From: a virus
Lineage: Duplodnaviria; Caudoviricetes
Reading direction: 5' to 3' (one strand)
DNA: 64,000 nucleotides
IMG/VR virus record: IMGVR_UViG_3300042352_000969
Coordinates: 1-64,000 of that record
In this document: positions 30,301 to 39,027 of the stretch, in pieces
Position numbering within the stretch: the first letter of the stretch is position 1
How the letters are laid out: each line of letters opens with the position of its first letter
Position numbers and translations under genes: made by a program
Notes under the pieces: model-generated
Seen by the model: only the letters and a program-made list of their open reading frames with translations
Database searches by the model: none
What the model was told of the DNA's origin: nothing

Positions 30301-33300
30301 TGCTTTCTTACTTACATGAAGATTTTGTAAGATCTGCATTGAATATAGCTTTAGCTTCAAAAAAAGTAATAAGACCCGCAGATGTTGGGTTTAAAGATAA
30401 ACCTGTAAGTGATATATCAAATGAGAATGATTTTGATTTATTATATAGAATAGCTGATGGTTCATACGATCTGATTGAGTTGAAACAAGATTTCAAAAAT
30501 ATTTCTGGATCTGTTACTGGATTCATGAATAAAAAACTTGAGAACGCTAAAAAAGAAAATCCAGAATTAGTTAAAAAAGTCCGTTCGATGATTGCTGTTT
30601 CAAACAGACCAAAATTTACTGATCCTACTGGTAGAAATGCTGGTGCAAATTTCAGTGAATTTGAAATGGCCGCCGCATCAATTGTTAAAGATAAGTATTC
30701 GAATGTTGATCCATCAACAAGCGCAAAACTCACAAAAGTTACAGATGGTTTATTAAGAAGATACGAAGCCAAGAAAAATACTACATCTGATGGTTTTATT
30801 CCTAATTTTGCTTCAATGATATCTTCTTCTATAAAAGGAAAAGGAAATATATCAGCCATAAAAACTGGCAAAAATAATTATGAAATCGAAGGCGTTGAAG
30901 TTGGTAAAAAGTTTAGAGGTCAAGGATTAGGTTCTCAATTATATGGAAGCATTGCTCAAAAAATTGGTTCCGGCAGTACTATTAAATCTGTATTATTACC
31001 ACAAGAACAAGCTTTAGCAGATTACGCGAGCGGCAAATCTATTCCTGCAAAAGCTATTTTTCCTCAATTATCTTGGGCAAAAATGGCTAAGAGTTCTAAG
31101 CTTTTAATCAATGGTAAGGAGATTGCAATGTCTGATTTTGAAAACGGAATAGCTGGTCACAAATACAATGCCGCAAAATTAGATATGGCATTGATTGAAT
31201 TAGTTAATTCTCATGCTTCAGGGTTTATTCCTAACTTTGCGTATAAACAAGCAGTAATGGGATTAGAAGAAAGCATGAGCGGAGAAAAAGCCGTATTCGA
31301 TAGTAAACCTTTCCCACACATTAGAAACAAGAGTCAGCCAACATTCAGTTCCGCAATATCTGATCATGGTGGTTTAAGTAATGCTTTGAGTGATTCAATG
31401 AGAGGGCAGAAGTCTGCTGGATTGATGAATAAAGGATATATTCCAAATTTTGCTAAAGGAAATAAAGGTAAAAAAAATCAACCTCGAAATACTCAATCAA
31501 GCTCCAATGCTGTTGAAGTAGAAAGTTATATTGAAAATTACGCTAAAGAAGCTCTAAGAGATATTAAAGGCACTTATAAATCGACAATTGATAAAATAAA
31601 ATTAATGTTTTCTAAGGTTGATTCATCAGTATCAAGTGTTGGAATAGATGCAGTAAAAAGTTTAAGAGAACAAACTTTTAAGCAAAGCAGAAATGCACCT
31701 GAAAAAAATACACCAAAATCGACATTTTCAGAAAATTTGTCGAAAGCTAGTACAGCTATAGCTATTGCTGGACCAACGTTGGCTGGATTTGCGGAGCAAG
31801 CTATGTATGGTAATAGAAAACGTACAGAGATGACTTCTGGAGAAAGAATGGGTCAGTCAGCTTTAAGCACTGGTTTAAGTTCTTTATCTACAGGCGCTGG
31901 TATTGGAGCTTCATTTGGTTTGCCTGGAGCAATTATTGGAGGAGCTATAGGAGGTTTAGTTGGTTTAACTTCAGCTCTGAATGCAACAATTTTAACTGCT
32001 GAAGAACTTGCGCAATTAAATGATGAGCAAGCACAAAAGTCGCAAGCTAGTATATCTGCTGCATCATCTTATATTGAAGCTCAAAAATCTTTATCAGAGA
32101 TGATTGTGAATGGTGCATCTTCAAATGATATCGAAAATGCTACTAAAAAATTATCTTCAGGATTTAATGAGATTGCTGATGTTAAATTACAAGAAATATT
32201 TAACTCGACAGGAGGAAATATTGCAGAAATGACAAAACAATTACAAGAATATACAAATGAAGCGACCTCTCGACAAGCATTTAAAAAAGCCATAACATCA
32301 AAAGGAACTGCTGAAGATTTAGCAAAAAATTTATCAATAGGATTAAATACAAAAGAAAAAAAACAAACATTTAGTTCTTTTTTAGCAGAAATTTCTATAC
32401 AAAAAGAGTTAGAAAAAGCTTCTTTAGAGGGTTACCAATACGATGAACAAACTTTATCGGCTCGTTTAAAGAATAATAAAGAAATTAAAAAAGCTCTTGA
32501 TGCCGTTTTGTTGTCTCAAGGAGTAACAAAAGAAAGTGAAAATTATGCTTCAGAATTTTCTGCGGCTATAGAATCATTTTTATCTAAAACTTTTGAAAAA
32601 GCTGAGTCTTTAATCAATAAATCTGATGTAGGCTCTAATGTGCAGAAAAATATAAATGATTTTAGACAAGCAGCTACTAAATCTTTTGGAGAAATTTTTA
32701 GAAAAATAGAAAGAGATTTAAATAAAAATCTTTTTGACATAGCTTTGTCTTTTGAGAAAGATTCAAGCACTAGAAGAATACAATCTTCTATTCTTGATTT
32801 TTCAACAAACTTTCAAGATAGTATAAATTCTTTTGTATCTAGTAACCTTCCAGACATTAGAAAATTTGATTTTGCCGCCGTAACCGCTGGTCAAAAAGCT
32901 CAAATGTTATTGCAAAAATCTCAACAAGATTATGACAAAGCTGTTGCAGAACAAGACAATGAAAAATCAAATTTTTCAACAAAAACCGCACAAGAACTTA
33001 GTGGATCTTTTAAATCTACTCTTTCAAATTCACAAGTAAACGCTGAATTTTATAAAAATAAAGTTTTGCCTCAAATTCAAAGCGGAAATTATAGTGGAGA
33101 TGTAAGTGGCATTATTAGCGGTTTAAAAGAAGCTCAATTGGCTAAAGTTAAAGAAACAAGATCTTCTGCTGAAGAAGCTTTAGGTAAACAAGGTTTTAAT
33201 TTTGGAAGCTCTGAAGAAATAAAAAAGACGTTAGGGGATTTAGCGAAGATTTTAGAAAATCCTGCTCTTTCAGAAGAAAAAAAATCAAAAATTATTGCAT

Positions 33301-35552
33301 ATCAACAAGAATTAATAAATCTTCAAGAAACCACTTTAAAATTCGCCAATCAAGCTGAAAAAGATAAGTTATCCGCTATTTTAACAGAAAAAGCTGAAGC
33401 TCAAACTTTATTTGAACAAAAACAAACCAACGCTAAAAAAGAATTAGAAATAAACAAACAATTAAACGAAGCAAGAATAGCTGTAGATAAAGATATAGCT
33501 ATTGAAAAAGCTAAGGTTGACAAGCAAATATTAATGCGCATGGAAAGTATGAAAGACGTTTCAGCGCAAATTGGTAACACTCTTGAAATAAGCAAAGCAA
33601 ATATAAATGCTTCCATCGCTGCTCTACAATCGAATCTTGAAGATTCAAGACAAAATTATGGAAAAGGTTCTTCACAAATTTTAGAAAGAAAGATTGATAT
33701 ACAGGATAGTATTCTTAAACAACAAAGAGAATTAGAAGATCAAACAATAAAATCAGAAATTCAACAAAGAATATTGCAAATAGCCGTAGAACAAGAAAAT
33801 ACTGCCGCGACTTTGGAATTGAATAAAACAATAATGACGTTGGTTGAATCTCAATTAAGAGGAGCGTTAGGCGGTTCACAAAAAATAGAAGAAATAAATG
33901 CTACTGCTAAAAGAATGGGATCTTTTGCTTCAGCTAATATTGATAAAAAATATGGCCCTGGAACATACGCTCAATATCAAGCTCTTCAACGCATACAAGA
34001 ATCCCGAACTGCATCTGCTTCAATTAATAGTAATTATAATACTAGCAATTTTGCGGCAAATATGGAAACCGCAGGTTTTAACAAAACCGATGAAAACGGT
34101 AACTTAATGATGTCTACACAAGAGCAAATTAATTTCTTATCAAAAGAAGAATTAAAAGCTAAAAAAGCTAATAATATAGTTCTAGAAGGAACCATTAAAC
34201 GCTATAAAGAAGAAATAAGAGTAAAAGAAAGATCTTTATCAATCACAAGAGATCAACTTGATAAATCAATTGCCTTAAAAAATGAAGAAAGTAGAGCGAT
34301 GGTTACTTTTGGTGGAAGATTATCTGCTGGTTTTGGTAAACTAAGCGATCAAGCCGATAATATAATTCATAACTTGGCGGAAGAGTTGCCTATGAAGTTT
34401 GCTGATAATATGTCTAGCGCACTAATGGAAGTAGCGAAAGGAACAAAGTCTATTGGTGACGCTTTCCAAGACATGGCTATAAACTTTGGTCAAATGATTA
34501 TGCAAGAAGTTATGAGAGCGGCTATAGCTAAAACATTAGGTAATATAGGAATTGGATCTTTATTCGGTCAAGCTGGAGGAAACGTTTCTGCAAGAGGAAT
34601 TGGTTATCAGCATGGAGGAGTAATCAGAGCTAATAACGGTCAATATGTAAGCGGAATGGGTTCTGGAGATAGATATCCAGCAATGCTTGAAAATGGTGAA
34701 TATGTTTTAAATAGAAAAGCAGTAAAAGAATTAGGTGGTAAAAAATCTTTAGATGCATTTAATTTTCAACAAGCTCCTCGTTTCGCTTCTGGTGGCAATG
34801 TTAATATGGAAGCTGAAATGGCTTTGAACAAAGATCAAGAAATGGATTATACAAAAAATCTATTATACAATAATTCTAACGTTGGAGCTATAAATGAAAA
34901 CGATTATACTGCTTATGCATATTCTGAAAATGATTATTTCAAGAAAATGAGAGAAAAGGCAATAGCAAATGAGCAAAAACGTGTTCAAGAAGCTTTCGCT
35001 AAAAAACAAAAAAATGCTCAGTTGATTAGTAGCATAGTTGGAGCAGCGGGATCTATGTTTTTAGCTGCTGGAATGAGTGGAATGGCAAAAGCAGCAGGAC
35101 CAACCAAACCTCCGGTTCCAATTTCAAAATTTCAAACCGCAGGATTTGCTCAAAGAGGTGGAATGATAGGATTTAATTCAGGTGGATTTGTTCCTCATGG
35201 ATCTAGATTATCAGATACTATTCCAGCTTTATTAACTGGCGGCGAATATGTAATGAATAATGCGGCAGTTAGAAAATATGGATTGGGCGAAATGAATGCC
35301 ATGAATGCTGGCGCAGTATCTAATAATAGCAATTCGAACGCTACAAATACAAATAATAACACTAACAATAACGCTACAAATATTTCTATCAACATTGATA
35401 GATCTGGTAAAGCTACTTATGGTTCTGATACAAGTAGTTATGAAAAGAATGACATTGCATTCTCTAAACAAATGGCAAAGCGTGTTGCTGATATAGCTAA
35501 AGGCGTAATTTCAGACGAAACAAGATACGGTGGTAAAATAAATCAAAGATAA
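27393..35552 (+). CDS. Tail tape measure protein (2719 aa) with an internal cassette array
   Basis: TP901-like N-terminal core (LADINRVFGLTTSQLQKFSTDLFSVGKQTASSFDDASKAALEFSRQGL...GAVIGNALKTIFTRL), long Ala/Gln helical regions, a Gly-rich hydrophobic segment (GAGIGASFGLPGAIIGGAIGG) and two C-terminal GG...D..PA.L..GEYV motifs. Confidence 0.92.
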   Translation: MAVQINVAANQAALTASIQAGVQAYNQRFAQNNPINLSINQRAFSQPLGRMTGDVKDFEAALAASNARVIAFGASTAVLGGVIRSFKELANVTIDVEKNLADINRVFGLTTSQLQKFSTDLFSVGKQTASSFDDASKAALEFSRQGLKAEEVLIRTKDALTLARVAGISTANSVDALTSTINGFAATGVTTTQILNKLVAVEQDFAVGAGDLAEALSRTGQAAQEAGVSLDQLNALVTAAQQSTARGGAVIGNALKTIFTRLQRTETLDQLEAFNIAVRDVQGNTLPAVSILQNFAGAYKGLADAQRAQLSEQVAGVYQVNILKAIVGDLNKSQGVYAGALQRGASATNEAEVATAKLNQTLDALLKQTATSTQQLANNIGKVTFEPLARYGTEQLKSLVESMNEILEGEGVGSTFANGLLKGIRNVIAGPGAIAAFFTLFKLIQNSFTYLAQALPQIAGITTETQNRKNIEQSILQIMQQQGPVSQALAGSMGNQAAQAQLLLQLARQQTAEYQIQSTLAKQLATQLAGQGVRVKGSGGLQVTRAGGYIPAATRMAETVGAQAGGYAPGKVVKSPVGGVMNTAEDVKYVPGFAQPFINPPAGSKAGRTHRQNAISRTGVDPYTAGGFIPNFAKLDKRDYSFQRPNGGGVDKKQRAYSNHAIQIREMSSSDLGAEKNLDLVGKNLDSGFDNKTKKPNAVYDWISGKIDVIKYLQKKDVDSAVSAMWFGSIQGDQNLIKTGQSIGLTDADLEAVFKTTTSKVGFTLKDLQKKYELSQNEEAAKNNKLFKYKSGSKKGELITTSEGFKSSLNGDYQNFVGDAYEKLISKLPGISGAYTISDKSTSAADLIPTGPNAIQGIEVKAGEAYLSQLIKKAVRININGRAEDVAQKDLDFGTLPVYQPFGSEIGASANGFIPNFATPMSTASIPWFKKYSSKYKNTTGDTDLFKMGDFPTYGRGLDHEYAKKGNSAMLSYLHEDFVRSALNIALASKKVIRPADVGFKDKPVSDISNENDFDLLYRIADGSYDLIELKQDFKNISGSVTGFMNKKLENAKKENPELVKKVRSMIAVSNRPKFTDPTGRNAGANFSEFEMAAASIVKDKYSNVDPSTSAKLTKVTDGLLRRYEAKKNTTSDGFIPNFASMISSSIKGKGNISAIKTGKNNYEIEGVEVGKKFRGQGLGSQLYGSIAQKIGSGSTIKSVLLPQEQALADYASGKSIPAKAIFPQLSWAKMAKSSKLLINGKEIAMSDFENGIAGHKYNAAKLDMALIELVNSHASGFIPNFAYKQAVMGLEESMSGEKAVFDSKPFPHIRNKSQPTFSSAISDHGGLSNALSDSMRGQKSAGLMNKGYIPNFAKGNKGKKNQPRNTQSSSNAVEVESYIENYAKEALRDIKGTYKSTIDKIKLMFSKVDSSVSSVGIDAVKSLREQTFKQSRNAPEKNTPKSTFSENLSKASTAIAIAGPTLAGFAEQAMYGNRKRTEMTSGERMGQSALSTGLSSLSTGAGIGASFGLPGAIIGGAIGGLVGLTSALNATILTAEELAQLNDEQAQKSQASISAASSYIEAQKSLSEMIVNGASSNDIENATKKLSSGFNEIADVKLQEIFNSTGGNIAEMTKQLQEYTNEATSRQAFKKAITSKGTAEDLAKNLSIGLNTKEKKQTFSSFLAEISIQKELEKASLEGYQYDEQTLSARLKNNKEIKKALDAVLLSQGVTKESENYASEFSAAIESFLSKTFEKAESLINKSDVGSNVQKNINDFRQAATKSFGEIFRKIERDLNKNLFDIALSFEKDSSTRRIQSSILDFSTNFQDSINSFVSSNLPDIRKFDFAAVTAGQKAQMLLQKSQQDYDKAVAEQDNEKSNFSTKTAQELSGSFKSTLSNSQVNAEFYKNKVLPQIQSGNYSGDVSGIISGLKEAQLAKVKETRSSAEEALGKQGFNFGSSEEIKKTLGDLAKILENPALSEEKKSKIIAYQQELINLQETTLKFANQAEKDKLSAILTEKAEAQTLFEQKQTNAKKELEINKQLNEARIAVDKDIAIEKAKVDKQILMRMESMKDVSAQIGNTLEISKANINASIAALQSNLEDSRQNYGKGSSQILERKIDIQDSILKQQRELEDQTIKSEIQQRILQIAVEQENTAATLELNKTIMTLVESQLRGALGGSQKIEEINATAKRMGSFASANIDKKYGPGTYAQYQALQRIQESRTASASINSNYNTSNFAANMETAGFNKTDENGNLMMSTQEQINFLSKEELKAKKANNIVLEGTIKRYKEEIRVKERSLSITRDQLDKSIALKNEESRAMVTFGGRLSAGFGKLSDQADNIIHNLAEELPMKFADNMSSALMEVAKGTKSIGDAFQDMAINFGQMIMQEVMRAAIAKTLGNIGIGSLFGQAGGNVSARGIGYQHGGVIRANNGQYVSGMGSGDRYPAMLENGEYVLNRKAVKELGGKKSLDAFNFQQAPRFASGGNVNMEAEMALNKDQEMDYTKNLLYNNSNVGAINENDYTAYAYSENDYFKKMREKAIANEQKRVQEAFAKKQKNAQLISSIVGAAGSMFLAAGMSGMAKAAGPTKPPVPISKFQTAGFAQRGGMIGFNSGGFVPHGSRLSDTIPALLTGGEYVMNNAAVRKYGLGEMNAMNAGAVSNNSNSNATNTNNNTNNNATNISINIDRSGKATYGSDTSSYEKNDIAFSKQMAKRVADIAKGVISDETRYGGKINQR

Positions 35553-35559
35553 TTAAAAC

Positions 35560-36471
35560 ATGAAAGGCGCGATTACAAATTATGAAAACACACTATTCAT
35601 GGATGGTGTTGCTTTATCTGGGGTTATATCTTTTGATGGATCTTATAATGTAGAAACTGTACCTATTAATGTTATAGGAAAAGGATTTTGCAAACAAGTG
35701 GTTTCGCAAGTTCCATCAGCTTCGGTTTCTATAACAAGATATCTTGTTAATAATGATCCTGTATTTGGTTTAACTGGAGATAGCGATAATTATACAGCTT
35801 CATTTATAAATGGAGGTTTAACATATCAAGGTAAAAATTTTGGTTTTACAAATGGTTATTTATCTTCTTTTGGAATATCATGTAGTGTTGGAGAAGTGCC
35901 TCAAATACAATCTTCTTTTCAAATATTTGGAAACATGGGTCCATCTATTGATCCATCTGGAAATAATATATCTTCAGCAGCATTTGTGCCGCAAGTTAAA
36001 AATATATCAGTAACATGTAATAATTCTAGTACTAATAGAGTAAAAGATTTTAGTATTGATTTTACTTGTAAGAAAAACGCTATTTATGGATTAAGCGCTT
36101 CAAACGCTCAATTTCCTATTGAAGTTCAAAATATTTTTCCAATAGAAGTTGGCGGATCTTTTACATTAGAAGTGGACGATTATCAAACTAAAAATATATT
36201 TGATATTCTAAGTTCTGAAAGTTTAAATAGTTTTATTATAGATGTTAGAGGCACTGTATTGATTGATCAATTTTTAGTTACTTTTGATGATTTAGAATTG
36301 GTAACTAGCGATACGAATGAATCTTTTGATGTATATAGAAAATTAGAAGATTCTATACCAATCTTTAATTTTAACACTTCTAATGCTATAATAATAGCCG
36401 AGCAAATTAATTCGACAGCAGATGACTTATTGAGTGTAAAACTATCGTATAGAACATATTTAAATAACTAA
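35560..36471 (+). CDS. Tail-tube-fold / baseplate-proximal protein, putative
   Basis: NGYLSSFGISCSVGEVPQIQSSF aligns by eye with NGFVSEYSFEASVGAIPTASVT of 22245..23579; it lies directly after the tape measure gene. Confidence 0.5.
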   Translation: MKGAITNYENTLFMDGVALSGVISFDGSYNVETVPINVIGKGFCKQVVSQVPSASVSITRYLVNNDPVFGLTGDSDNYTASFINGGLTYQGKNFGFTNGYLSSFGISCSVGEVPQIQSSFQIFGNMGPSIDPSGNNISSAAFVPQVKNISVTCNNSSTNRVKDFSIDFTCKKNAIYGLSASNAQFPIEVQNIFPIEVGGSFTLEVDDYQTKNIFDILSSESLNSFIIDVRGTVLIDQFLVTFDDLELVTSDTNESFDVYRKLEDSIPIFNFNTSNAIIIAEQINSTADDLLSVKLSYRTYLNN

Positions 36472-36472
36472 T

Positions 36473-38230
36473 ATGGGAACAAAATTTACAGACTTATCAG
36501 CAATAACAAGTTCGACAATAACAGATAATTTTGTTTTTGCTGTCGCTACGACAACAGAAACGGATCAATTGTCATTAAATGAGCTTCAAAAGTCATTTAC
36601 TGGATTAACCGCTAGAACGACAAATGGTATAAAAATAGTAGGAAAAACTAAACCAAGTGGTATTTTTGTTAGTGATAATGGATTAGTGGGAGTAGATAAT
36701 AACTCTCCAGACGTAGCATTAGAAGTAGGCGATTCTTTTCTTTCTACAAATGTGGCTCAAGTAAGAGTAACCGCTGGTTCATCTTCAAGACAAGCGTCTT
36801 ATTCTTTAAAAGACACTAGCGTTTTATGGAAGTTTACTAAAAAAGCTAGTGATACAGATTTTTATATTGAAGTTTCTCAAGATGGCGGGGCTACGCCTTC
36901 GACTACTGGAGTTTTTAATATAGATGTAAGCGGTAATGTTGGTATCTTTAATGGTTCAACAGCTTTATCTAATAAGTTTTATGTTTCTGGAGGAACTATA
37001 AAATTCGAAAGCGGAGTTTCTGGTTTTCTTTTTGATCCTTCAACAGCAGAAATAAAGACTTCTTCTGCTAATGATATTTTTTATATAAATAAAACAAATA
37101 ATGATGATGTTGTTTTAGGTAATAATGTTTTATACGTGGATAATAATACATCGGTTCCTTTTATAGGAATTAATAATATTACTCCAGCTTATCCTTTAGA
37201 TATAAAAGGTTCGGGTCAATTAGGAAGATATGGAAATAATACAACGGCAACTACTAGTTTATCTTTTGAAAATACCGCAAGAACTGGATACATAGGAGTA
37301 TATAATTCAAATTTTCAAATAGGTCCAACAAATTCTTTGTCTACAAACAATTTAGTTTATGATTTAGCTAATAGAAAATTAGGATTAGGAACTACAACAC
37401 CAACTGCAAAAATACATGTAGTTACTGACACTGCCGAAAATAGCGTTTTTGAATGTTATAATACTGAAACTTGTAAAAGCACTATTTTAAACAGTTATGC
37501 AAGTGGTCCAGCTAAAACTGCATTTCAATCATTTGCTACTGGAACAGCTAGTAGTCAAATAACAAAATGGTCAATTGGTTTATTAAACAGTATTAGTCCA
37601 GCATTTGATAGTGTTTTTGCTTTTTCATTAGGCGGTAGTTTAAGTGCGTCTGCTATAAAAGCTTATTTAAATGTTGATGGAGATTTGGATATAAAAGGAG
37701 GAATAACCACAAGCGGAAATTATACTAAAGGAAAATTTGTTCAAGTTTTTAAGACTAGATTGACAGGAAACAATATTTATTTCGATCCATTTTCTGAATC
37801 TTCAAGTTCAAGCCCTAGTGGTCATAATTCAGTTTTATGCCCATTTGGAATAACTCCTTACGCTGGCAGAATAGAAAAAATTCAAATAATAAGTTCAGAT
37901 AACATTAGCTCATATGCTGATGCTAGATTTGAAATAGCGGCGGTAACTCCAACGGCTAATACTCCTATAGGAGTTATAGATCAAACTACATTTTTACCAT
38001 GTTCTACTAGCGCTACAATAAGTGGTGCAATAGGATATTTAGAGATAGCATCTATAACTAGAAATCAACTATTAACTTTAAGTAGAACTCAATTTACAAA
38101 TACAACAGCTTTTGCTTCTGGACAATTATTGCAATATAGAGTATGTCAAGATGCTAATGCTTCTAGTCCAGGTCAAACCACAGCTAAGAATTTTACAATT
38201 ATGTCAACAGTTTCTTTTACAGTGACATGA
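36473..38230 (+). CDS. Tail fibre-like structural protein
   Basis: MGTKFTDLSAITS N-terminal anchor motif and repeated VG(I)xxxxPxxxL(E/D/H)V fibre motifs. Confidence 0.55.
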   Translation: MGTKFTDLSAITSSTITDNFVFAVATTTETDQLSLNELQKSFTGLTARTTNGIKIVGKTKPSGIFVSDNGLVGVDNNSPDVALEVGDSFLSTNVAQVRVTAGSSSRQASYSLKDTSVLWKFTKKASDTDFYIEVSQDGGATPSTTGVFNIDVSGNVGIFNGSTALSNKFYVSGGTIKFESGVSGFLFDPSTAEIKTSSANDIFYINKTNNDDVVLGNNVLYVDNNTSVPFIGINNITPAYPLDIKGSGQLGRYGNNTTATTSLSFENTARTGYIGVYNSNFQIGPTNSLSTNNLVYDLANRKLGLGTTTPTAKIHVVTDTAENSVFECYNTETCKSTILNSYASGPAKTAFQSFATGTASSQITKWSIGLLNSISPAFDSVFAFSLGGSLSASAIKAYLNVDGDLDIKGGITTSGNYTKGKFVQVFKTRLTGNNIYFDPFSESSSSSPSGHNSVLCPFGITPYAGRIEKIQIISSDNISSYADARFEIAAVTPTANTPIGVIDQTTFLPCSTSATISGAIGYLEIASITRNQLLTLSRTQFTNTTAFASGQLLQYRVCQDANASSPGQTTAKNFTIMSTVSFTVT

Positions 38231-38231
38231 T

Positions 38232-39026
38232 ATGGCTAAATTCATAAACTATCAAAATCTTGATTTTAAATTAAATTCTCAGAATTTTTATGCTAATAAA
38301 ATAAGTTTATCAATTAACGCTTCTGTTGATCCTGTATTGGTAAGTGATGGCAGTTTACTCGACTACGCTCCGCAGGGATCGTTAGTAGGGTCTTTATCTG
38401 CTGATTTTTATCTGACTGGTGCTTTACCAAATTTTTTAGATATTACAGGAACAAATTCTACTCAAATAACAGGTTTATTTGGCGGCGTTCAAATAGATAA
38501 TTTATACGCCAAATCTTTAAGTTTTTCAGTAGAACCGTTTCAACCAACTATATTATCAGTTGAATTTGATTGGTATGGTCGCTTATCAATACAAAATATA
38601 GAAGAACAAAAGGTTTCAGAAAGACAAAGCAAGCAAGTTCCGCAGTATGTTGCTAATGCTTATAGATCATCTATGACGAATACTGATTTAGATGGTGTTG
38701 AAAGTATAGTAAATTTTTCTTATAATTCTAGCTGTGATAGGCCAGCATTTTTTAAAGTTGATGAAGTTGTTCCTTTTAGAGTAGCTAAATTAAATAAAAA
38801 AGCTGAAATAAGTTTATCTTCTAATAGTTTGGGCGATTCTATAGATATAGATGGAAAAATGGTAACAACAACTTTAACTTTAAAAGATTTATACAATACT
38901 ACTTTGCAGACTTTTTATGTTAGCGGCGTGATGAATAATCAAAAATATGAAATAAGTGAAGGCAATTATTTGTTGACTTCTGCTAATATTTATCAACAAG
39001 TTACTGAAGTAAAGACTTTAATATAA
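38232..39026 (+). CDS. Tail structural protein, possibly tube-fold
   Basis: Beta-rich; NLYAKSLSFSVEPFQPTILSVEF resembles the shared motif in the other tube-like paralogues. Confidence 0.4.
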   Translation: MAKFINYQNLDFKLNSQNFYANKISLSINASVDPVLVSDGSLLDYAPQGSLVGSLSADFYLTGALPNFLDITGTNSTQITGLFGGVQIDNLYAKSLSFSVEPFQPTILSVEFDWYGRLSIQNIEEQKVSERQSKQVPQYVANAYRSSMTNTDLDGVESIVNFSYNSSCDRPAFFKVDEVVPFRVAKLNKKAEISLSSNSLGDSIDIDGKMVTTTLTLKDLYNTTLQTFYVSGVMNNQKYEISEGNYLLTSANIYQQVTEVKTLI

Positions 39027-39027
39027 T

